Source of the DNA: Ginkgo biloba
Lineage: Eukaryota; Plantae; Ginkgophyta
Reading direction: 5' to 3'
Assembly: GCA_024626585.2 (NCBI GenBank)
Contig: JANKJI020000004.1
Coordinates: 152,658,127-152,677,524 of the forward strand
Length of the DNA: 19,398 nucleotides
Positions within the stretch are counted from its first letter, which is position 1; each line of letters starts with the position of its first letter. The position numbers were made by a program, and so were the translations under genes. The notes below the pieces were generated by a model, which saw only the letters and a program-made list of their open reading frames with translations, searched no databases and had not been told where the DNA came from. Positions 11,330-19,398 of the stretch are shown in pieces.

Positions 11330-11573
11330 ATGCATATGAAGGAAGAATTTAATTTATAACAATTATTTGCCACCGATTTCTATACATACATTCTTTCAAC
11401 CTGTCCAACTGGCACAACAACATAGTTTTAGCAACGCCCAATTGCACTGCCATCATGGCTAGACAACCACAGGAAATTGGTATCTTTTTTTTCCCAAACA
11501 AACTTTCGTGTCCCTCAATGCTGACAATAAGAATATTGCTCTTCAAGTGAATGCCAATCACAGCTCTCCTGGC
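11330..11573 (+). pseudogene. Frameshift-interrupted N-terminal extension (putative organelle targeting peptide) of the PPR-DYW gene
   Basis: ATG 11330/11336 reads MHMKEEFN. The next frame reads FITIICHRFLYIHSFNLSNWHNNIVLATPNCTAIMARQPQEIGIFF (open from 11353). The third frame reads PKQTFVSLNAD... into the main ORF. One extra T at 11353-11355 and one in the T8 run 11485-11492 would fuse all three. Confidence 0.55.
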
Positions 11574-13769
11574 ATGGCTCAGCATTTTGTAACCCGTTTT
11601 CAGCAGAGCCGATTGAAGGAGGCACTCCGCATATTATATCTTATAGATCACCGACGCATTCCACCAGACTCGGATACATATGCTTATCTCTTGCAGTGCT
11701 GCCTTCACACCAATAGCCTTTCACAGGGCAAATTAGTCCATACCCATATAATACTAACGGGATTCAATCCATGCAGCTATTTAGGAACCAAGTTTGTGAT
11801 CATGTATGCCAAATGCAGGAGTTTAGTGGATGCTCGCCGAATTTTGGACGAAATGCCTCAACGAAATGTGGTCTCATGGACTGCATTGATTACAGCATAT
11901 GCCAGGCATGGCCATGCGGATAAGGCCTTGAAAGCGTTTTACCAAATGCAACGAGCAGGCATCCAACCCGATAGGTTCGCCTTTGCCACCGTTCTTCCAG
12001 CATGTGCCAACTTGGCAGCTCTACGACAAGGTAAAGAGATCCATGAAGAGATAATTAGAAGTGGATTTGAACCTGATGTCAATGTGTGGAATGCTCTTGT
12101 AGACATGTATGCAAAATGTGGGAGTATAAAGGATGCCCGCCATGTGTTTGACAAAATGCCTGAACGAAATGTGGTCTCATGGAATTCGATGATTGCTGGA
12201 TATGCACAGAATGGGCATGTTGATAAGGCTTTGAATCTCTTTCTCGAAACGCCCGAGCCAAACGTGGTTTCGTGGAATGCGATGATTGCAGGATATGCAC
12301 AGAATGGGCTTATTGATGAGTCCCGAAAGCTTTTTGAGAAAATGCCTGAACCAAACGTGGTGTCATGGAACGCCATGATTGCAGGGTATGCACAAAATGG
12401 CCATGTTGAGGACGCCCTGAAGCTGTTTCATAAGATGCCCGATCGAAACGTTGTCTCCTGGACGGCGATGATCGCAGGATGTGCGCAGAATGGGTTTATT
12501 GACGAGGCGCTGAAACTCTTTCAGAAAATGCCCGAACGAAATGTGGTCTCCTGGAATGCCATGATTGCAGGATGTACAGAGAATGGGCAGAATGAGGAGT
12601 CTTTGAAGCTTTTTCGACAAATGCAATTGGCAGGTGTCGCGCCAAACTCAAAGACGTTTGTTAGTCTTCTCCCAGCATGTGCCAACTTGGCAGCTCTGGA
12701 ACAAGGTAAGGCGATACATGAAGAAATAAATAAAGCTGGTTTGCAGTCTGATATCTGTGTGGCTAATGCCCTCGTAGACATGTATGCAAAATGTGGAAGT
12801 ATAAAGAATGCACTCCATGTGTTTGACAAAATGCCTCGGCGAGATGTGGTCTCATGGACAGCGATGATCGGAGGATATGCCATGCATGGATGTGGCGAGG
12901 AAGCCCTGAAACTTTTTGAACAAATGCAACACGCTGGCACAAAACCAGACCATATTACATTAGTTTGTGTTTTGTCTGCATGCTGCCATGCAGGGCTGGT
13001 GGACGAGGGACAGCAATATTTTGATTCCATGAGTCAAAATTACCACATCACACCTGCAATGGAGCACTATGGTTGCATCGTGGACCTTCTGGGGCGTGCT
13101 GGGCACCTAGATGAGGCTCAACACTTTATCAACAAAATGCCAATAAAACCTGATGCTACTGTGTGGGGTTGTTTGCTTGGTGCCTGTAGAGTCCATAACA
13201 ATATAGAGCTAGGGGAACATGTGGCAGAACGCCTTTTTGAGTTGGACCCTAAAAATGCTAAGCCTTATGTGCTGCTGTCAAACATCTATGCTTCAGCTGG
13301 CAAGTGGGATGGTACAAAAAAGGTGCGGAAAATGATGAAAGACAGAAGGGTAAAAAAGAAGCCTGGATGTAGTTGGATTGAGGTCAATAAACAAATGTAT
13401 GCTTTCTACGTAGGAGACAGATCACATCCACAAACACAGGATATTTATGCAAAGTTGGAGGCTTTGTCTAGGCAGATGAAGGCAGCAGGATATGTGCCTG
13501 ACACAAGATTTGTGCTGAATAATGTCGAAGAAAAGCAGAAGGAAGAAATTCTTTGCCACCATAGCGAGAAGTTGGCAATTTCTTTTGGGCTTATCAACAC
13601 AGCTTATGGGACAGCTATTCGGGTAATCAAGAACCTTCGAGTGTGTGGTGACTGCCACTCTGCCATCAAGTTCATCTCCAAGATTGTTGAACGAGAAATT
13701 GTTGTAAGGGATTCTAACCGCTTCCATCATTTCAAGAAGGGGTTTTGTTCTTGTGGAGATTATTGGTGA
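11574..13769 (+). CDS. PLS-class pentatricopeptide repeat protein with E1-E2-DYW domain (putative organellar C-to-U RNA editing factor)
   Basis: Uninterrupted ORF. The track starts it at GTG 11508; the first in-frame ATG is 11574 (731 aa) and there is an in-frame TAG at 11460. Hand parse: degenerate P, L1-S1, P1-L1-S1, four 31-aa SS motifs, P1-L1-S1, P2-L2-S2, E1, E2, then DYW with PG box (PGCSWIEV), HSEK, CGDCH and terminal HHF..CSCGDYW. The true start may lie further upstream (see findings). Confidence 0.97.
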   Translation: MAQHFVTRFQQSRLKEALRILYLIDHRRIPPDSDTYAYLLQCCLHTNSLSQGKLVHTHIILTGFNPCSYLGTKFVIMYAKCRSLVDARRILDEMPQRNVVSWTALITAYARHGHADKALKAFYQMQRAGIQPDRFAFATVLPACANLAALRQGKEIHEEIIRSGFEPDVNVWNALVDMYAKCGSIKDARHVFDKMPERNVVSWNSMIAGYAQNGHVDKALNLFLETPEPNVVSWNAMIAGYAQNGLIDESRKLFEKMPEPNVVSWNAMIAGYAQNGHVEDALKLFHKMPDRNVVSWTAMIAGCAQNGFIDEALKLFQKMPERNVVSWNAMIAGCTENGQNEESLKLFRQMQLAGVAPNSKTFVSLLPACANLAALEQGKAIHEEINKAGLQSDICVANALVDMYAKCGSIKNALHVFDKMPRRDVVSWTAMIGGYAMHGCGEEALKLFEQMQHAGTKPDHITLVCVLSACCHAGLVDEGQQYFDSMSQNYHITPAMEHYGCIVDLLGRAGHLDEAQHFINKMPIKPDATVWGCLLGACRVHNNIELGEHVAERLFELDPKNAKPYVLLSNIYASAGKWDGTKKVRKMMKDRRVKKKPGCSWIEVNKQMYAFYVGDRSHPQTQDIYAKLEALSRQMKAAGYVPDTRFVLNNVEEKQKEEILCHHSEKLAISFGLINTAYGTAIRVIKNLRVCGDCHSAIKFISKIVEREIVVRDSNRFHHFKKGFCSCGDYW
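12171..12542 (+). repeat. Four tandem 93-bp SS-type PPR motif repeats (coding)
   Basis: Four consecutive 31-aa units VVSW(N/T)xMIAG(Y/C)AQNG...P(E/D)(P/R)N, visible at DNA level as GT(G/T)GTNTCNTGGA...ATGAT(T/C)GCNGG. Confidence 0.93.
13359..13769 (+). other. DYW cytidine deaminase domain (PG-box type) within the PPR CDS
   Basis: KPGCSWIEV at 13359; HSE at 13560-13568 (catalytic Glu intact); CGDC at 13644-13655; ends CSCGDYW-TGA. Confidence 0.96.
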
Positions 13770-14006
13770 TATTAAGTGAAACAAGCAACTAGAGGCTGCC
13801 CATCATTCCAAGATTCGACTTCAATCTTGTGGGGATTATTGGTGATGCTAGCTTCAACTAGCAATTTGGGATACTAGTCTCTGTAGCCAGTAATATGGCA
13901 TACTTGTTTATTGGTCAATTGTACTTGCTGGGGATACACTGTAGTCATCTGACAAATCAAGATCTCTGCTAAGCTTTAGTAGATTGACCCGATTCTTGTG
14001 GAGATT
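13725..14006 (+). repeat. Degenerate tandem copies of the DYW C-terminal coding end in the 3' flank
   Basis: 13801-13845 (HHSKIRLQSCGDYW*) matches 13725-13769 (HHFKKGFCSCGDYW*) at 35/45 nt without gaps, period 76 bp. Further relics: CTTGTTTATTGGTCAAT at ~13903-13919 and an exact 14-mer TTCTTGTGGAGATT at 13993-14006. Confidence 0.85.
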
Positions 14007-14039
14007 GTGTTATATGATACTTATGTTGATTTCATAAAA

Positions 14040-16506
14040 CAGATTTTATGATTAGAACAGGAGGAATATGAGTCTCTAGAAGACTATATTAAAATATTAG
14101 AAACTTGACAAGGTGTCAAAGAGTTGGACAACAAAAATCTACCGAAAAAATAATTTTCTTCACTGGATTAAATCCAAATGTGAGGATGTGTTTAAATTTT
14201 ATTTTTGCATGGGAAGTTTTAACACTATCCCTTTAGAAAATCATGGAGTTATGCCTATAGAATTCTAGAGTTTTAAAGAATTAGGGTGGAAGGAAAATAA
14301 CTAAGGCAATTATATTTTTTTCTATGAACAAGGCGAAAAAACCCCTTAAGATAGATAAAAAAAGTAGAGATGAACAACTTATTAGGGGATTTGAAACATG
14401 ATATTCTTTCCTGAGTGGCTACTCAGCTAACCAATTTGGAATTAAAGACTAAAAGGTCAAATCTATCTCCTCCAATACCACTGGCCATTTATACTTTAAA
14501 ATATTGATAAAATAATTCTATGAATGCCTTCCCAGTTGATGGTGTACAATTCTAATGTAGGATTTGTGAGGAAGATTACAATGAAAAAAATTACCCTTTA
14601 TTGAGAGAATTAAAGGAGTGGAGGATGCATGTGCACAATTGTGTTTTGTTAAAATGAAAAAAATAAGAAATAGATGGAATCATAATCATGATATCATTTA
14701 TTATTAGAGATCCAACAATATTCCAAGATATGTTTCCCTCCAAAGTATGAGTGGATACTACAAACAAGGGATGATTTTTCATTTTATCACTATGGTAATT
14801 TTGATTATCACTCATAATTCACAACTCCCATGGTGAATCCATTGTATCCACAATATCCTATTGTTATCCTCAAATTAGTAAGTAATGTGCAAATGATATA
14901 AAGAGTCCTCTATTATAATGATTAGTAATAGGAAAATGGTCATTCCATTGGTGTATTCTAAATCTCTTTCTCAAGTGATAATTTACCATCAAAAGTCAAG
15001 TTGAATCCCTATCCATTTCTATTTATATGAATATTGAAGGGTTATTTGTTTACAAAGCTAAAGTAAACGTTATCCTCAAACCAAAGATAGCTTGACCAAA
15101 GTTGTTCTTAATAAAATTAGGCAGTAACTCAATTTACCCTTAAGAGAATTTTGAAGGTAAGTCAGTTGNNNNNNNNNNNNNNNNNNNNNNNNNNNNNNNN
15201 NNNNNNNNNNNNNNNNNNNNNNNNNNNNNNNNNNNNNNNNNNNNNNNNNNNNNNNNNNNNNNNNNNNNTGTTTAGAGTAAAAATTGATTATTGCTTTTAG
15301 TTTTATTTTAGAGCTCTAGATATCTCTGCATACAATGGCTAAAATAATAAAGTCTATAAGCCCAAAAGGATTAAAGAAAAACCACACAATGTGATAGATG
15401 GCTAACAGATCTATGGTTTAACTTGAGTGAAAATTGGATGATATCTTGTTATTGGTTTCAAATTGCTAGTACCCTAAAAATTTTGTGGTGATTCAACCAA
15501 ATAGGAATTTGGAAGGATATCATATCATCTTATATATACCATGGGTGGATACTGCCAATGTTGAACTTGCATGTCACACCAACAAGATGTCAATAGTTCA
15601 TGGAATTAAGTAAAAGTATTTGACCTTTTTTAAGTCAACTCAATTAGTGTCAAATACTTAATATCGTTCCCCTGAATGGGTGGAATGAGAAGAGGGTTCT
15701 GATGAAAATATAGAGGGATATCAATTCGTAACTCTAAATTGGAATGAAGATGATGAAGAGTAATCTTATCAAATAATGGTTACTAAGATAATTGAATCTT
15801 TTAGATTAGACAAAAATTCTCCTTCAAGTTTTTCAACAACAAATTCAATGTCATATTGCAAAGACCTAATTGGATATAGATGCATTCAAAATCGAGAAAG
15901 ATAAGAGTCTCTTTATTATAAAACATTTGATAAAGGATTAAAAGGTGATGGCATTTGATTTATTGAAGTGGTATAAATGAGTTTTCGTATGGATTCATAC
16001 CAATTTGAAAGGAATTGGTCCCTCAATGTATCAACATTATAATTTTTATGGAGATTAATGCAAATCGTATCTATCAACCTCTATGCAGGTTCAACCCCAT
16101 GATGATGCACATTGTCAAAGATGAACTGAAAATTTGTTGTCCATTAGAATAATGTTTCCCATATCAAGGAAATAGTGGGTTAATATAGTAGTCATAGTTC
16201 TAAAGGAAGATAGGAAGTTGTGTATCTATGTTGATTATCATATATTTAACAAATCCATGAGGAAATATCATTTTCTTCTACCATTCATTAAGAAAATTCT
16301 TAATATGTTGGATGGAAGGAAATATTTTTTCATTCCTGGATGGTTTCTTAGGGTATAACTCGATTCAAATTTCCCCTGAGCATCAAGATAAAACTACATT
16401 TACCTACACATGGGGTACCTTAACATATATATATTTTTTTTGGGTTTATGCAACACTTTAACCGCTTTTTAACAAGAAGTGATAAGCATATTTTTTTAGA
16501 CACATT
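14040..16506 (+). mobile_element. Degenerate Ty3/gypsy (non-chromovirus, Athila-like) gag-protease-RT remnant
   Basis: Hand translation through stops and frameshifts. Gag: EQEEYESLEDYIK (~14055), EMNNLLGDLKHDILS (~14370), knuckle relic CRICEEDY..NYP (~14557). Protease: MANRS..LDDIL..YPKNFVVIQPNRNLEGYHIIL.IPWV (~15400-15550). RT: WVNIVVIVLK..LCIYVDY..FNKSMRKYHFLLPFI..GRKYF.FLDGF.GYN.IQISPEHQDKTTFT.TWGT..GLCN (~16150-16500). Confidence 0.9.
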
Positions 16507-18329
16507 NNNNNNNNNNNNNNNNNNNNNNNNNNNNNNNNNNNNNNNNNNNNNNNNNNNNNNNNNNNNNNNNNNNNNNNNNNNNNNNNNNNNNNNNNNNNNN
16601 NNNNNNAACTACCATATTTACTCCAACACATCTCCCTTCTTCGACCCTCTTGAAACCTCATCCTCATAAAGTCTCAAGTGTGTGTTGTAGTCTTAAACAC
16701 TAATAGAATATCCCCTAATAGATACACTTAAAAATCCTTAGTAAATATAGAAATGAAGTTCTAGTTGACACCTATTCGACACATAGGATTAAAAACATGG
16801 CATCTCCTTGGAATAAGACATGGGTACTATTACTTAGATTTGTGGTAGGCACAAGTACCCTCATTTTGAGTTGATATGTATGAAAGGACTATCATATTAA
16901 CTACTTATACCTTGAACATGGACCATCAATGATCTAGGATCCATTGTGATCTGACATCACATGTGTCAACGTAGTTGGTCTTTTGGGGATCTTTACTTGC
17001 TTGATCTTCATCCTTCATTGCTTATGAGTCGGAAAACCTGAAATTGCAAACTCTAATCATCACCCTTAACAAAGTCTGAACATGAATCTTTGATTAACTT
17101 GAGTCTATTTACTCATTTGGTTTTATAAGACTGTATGCAAGTGACTTGTTACACTGATTTTATCGAAACTCTTAGAAACTAAAAACTCTTAAACTTGTGT
17201 GTGTATTATTTAATTATTCTGATTCCTTTCTTAATTTTTTTGGGGTCTGTAATACTTGGAAAAATGGTTGAGTGTAAGGCCTTTGTATTTTTACATTGGG
17301 AACACGTAACTACCTTTAATTGATATTTTAGTTCTATTCTATTTTAAAACCTCTTAAGAAAAAGCCTCGTTTCAAGTACCTCATTTGCCCAAACCTTCAA
17401 AACTCAAAGTCTCCCTAACTATGCTTCATAAGCTTTCCTAGTTGCATGCCTCAGAATTCATACAAGGACCTCCACTCCATCTAATGCCAAAAACTTGAAT
17501 TCTTAATTTTTCTTTATTTTCATAATATCCTTTCAGGTCTACACTATTGACTGACGAGAAACAACTTATCATGAGGCCTCGGTACTTATCTTAACTATAT
17601 TTAACTAGATTTTAGGTCTGCGATAATCAAGATTCTTATGAAGAGGATAGCATCTTCATCAAATTCCAAAAACTCAAAAGATTCATTGATTTGAAGATAA
17701 TTTATTTCTGGTTCTTCAAGACTGACTTAAGGAAAAAGATCTAGTGGGAGTTCAAAGTCTAGGAACCCCTCTTCGTCACATTTTATTAACATTTTAGATT
17801 TACAACACCTTAGGATTTACTTTAAGAAAAGACATTGGATGCATTCACCTATCAAACCTTTGAAAACCTAAAGCTCCAAGAAATTAATCTTTTTCCTATG
17901 TCGTCATTGTCCTGTATTTTTCTTCCTTTCCTCATCTTCTTAGGATTACCCTTTATTCCTACACTCTCCTCTTGCATCTAGAATAGTTTTCGCTTGATTA
18001 AGTGCAAAGAACAACATGAAGAGAAGGTAGGACCATTTATGGGTTAACAAACCTATTGAGGATGATGCTGAGAATTTATAATGGTACTCAAATATGGTTT
18101 AAATAAACTTAGGTATATAGGGAAGCCTCCCTTCGTGCATTAGGATAAAAGGAAAGGGAATAATTAAATCAGAGGGTTAGCCTCACTACACAAAATAATA
18201 TTTGTAAAAGAGGATATTTAGAATGAAATAAAGAAAAGGAGGACCCAAGATGGTGTTCTACACTTAGTCATCTATTAAGAGATTGTGGCATTGAATTATT
18301 TTATTCTTGATCCATTAGTGTTACCCAAC

Positions 18330-18520
18330 TCTATTAATAATTGTATAAGCATGTGAATGGGTTATGTAAATAAATGGTATAACGGTCTATGACTTGTGCA
18401 TAGCATTGACCAACCACTTCCTATGTATTATTTAATCATTATTTGTAAATGAATATTATCGTGGATATTGATTGGACAATACTCGTTAATCGTCATCCTA
18501 GGAAATGCATGTTATGAATA
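18330..18520 (+). mobile_element. Possible highly decayed retrotransposon gag fragment
   Basis: Short peptides KWYNGL, ALTNHFL and NIIVDIDWTILVN loosely resemble the W-Y/F..L....L...F core of retrotransposon Gag. Weak support. Confidence 0.25.
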
Positions 18521-19398
18521 TGAAGAAGAAAATCTACCACAGAACTATGTGCATCATGTCATTTTAGATACATAAGACATTATCTCGCTATAAGTGAAAA
18601 GGATCTAAATGAATGACCACATGCAGTGGTCGATCCCAAGTTTATCGAACCCTTTATAAATTTAAGGGATGATAAACAACCAAATTGCTTCTAACCTCCA
18701 TATATACACACTCATGCCCTCCATACTACTATGAATGTAACTTCTCCATACATATTCACTTTCTTATAATAGTTGTAAAACTAGACTATTAATGCATTTT
18801 TTATTTTTTGTTCAATCGTAAGAGGATTTTTCTTAGCTTATAAAGTATATAGAGTATTTGTTTTGGTCCTAAGTTTTGCAAATTGGTTGAAGCACTCTTC
18901 TCTAATGCCTCAAGTTAGGTAATAATGAATGGATCACTATCCACATGCATACAAATACACTATTATATTAGACAAGGGTACCCCTTAAAGCCCTTATTGT
19001 ATGACATAACTGTAGATGTCATTGGTTATCTCTTTGAAAATTCTCAACTCAATGACCATTTGAAAGGGATTATGATGCCTACAAGGTAAAATTAGATGCT
19101 CTATAATAAATTTGTTGACAACATGAACATTATAGTTAAGGTGAATAAGGGAATTATGGATTAAATGATAAAACAATTAGATATGTTTTGCTTAGCCTCG
19201 AGCATGAGGTTCCTTATCTTTTTTTCCTTACAGAGGAATTTATATTTTGGTTCATAGATTAGACTCTAGATTATGACAACCAGAGTTGATTAAGGCTATA
19301 ATAGACATTTGAGAAGAAAACAAGCATAGATATTGTTGGTGATGCATAGATTTTGGATCAATAACTGTACACTCCTTGTATTTTTTTTTACCTTGACT

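Noticed and set aside
12171-12542. Regularly spaced repeats resembling a CRISPR array
   Set aside because: They are in-frame 93-bp coding PPR motifs in eukaryotic DNA, with no unique spacers or cas genes.
13359-13769. Possibility of a U-to-C (DYW:KP-type) or catalytically dead DYW variant
   Set aside because: The PG box, HSEK, CxxCH and terminal DYW are all canonical for C-to-U editors.
11939-13784. Antisense ORFs over the PPR gene (11939-12376, 12079-12300, 12363-12626, 12521-13030, 13422-13784)
   Set aside because: Shadow frames of the repetitive PPR coding strand; they mirror its periodicity and show no independent domain.
16607-18100. Possible LINE or other TE remnant
   Set aside because: I could not recover any diagnostic motif by hand.

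Overview
AT-rich, gap-rich (many 100-N scaffold gaps) land-plant nuclear DNA; the retroelement and PPR styles suggest a gymnosperm/conifer (inference). It holds one clearly intact reading frame, an intronless PLS-class PPR protein with E1-E2 and a catalytically complete DYW cytidine-deaminase domain (11574..13769 +), i.e. a probable organellar C-to-U RNA-editing factor. The gene sits among decayed LTR retrotransposons: a Ty3/gypsy 3' end plus LTR at ~1.7-2.2 kb, a minus-strand LTR element at 6.0-8.2 kb with an inverted sister LTR at 8.3-8.8 kb, and a gag-protease-RT remnant at 14.0-16.5 kb. The structures most worth checking are: (i) a ~950-bp fold-back at 4859..5805 with ~80% arm identity and a mild G:U bias; (ii) tandem decayed copies of the DYW C-terminus (HH..SCGDYW*) just after the PPR stop codon; (iii) a probable targeting presequence split from the PPR ORF by two 1-nt frameshifts in T runs; (iv) a CpG-rich promoter-like island with E2F-type sites ~1.3 kb upstream. 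I cannot demonstrate a wholly new system from sequence alone; these are testable leads. All counts are by hand and approximate.
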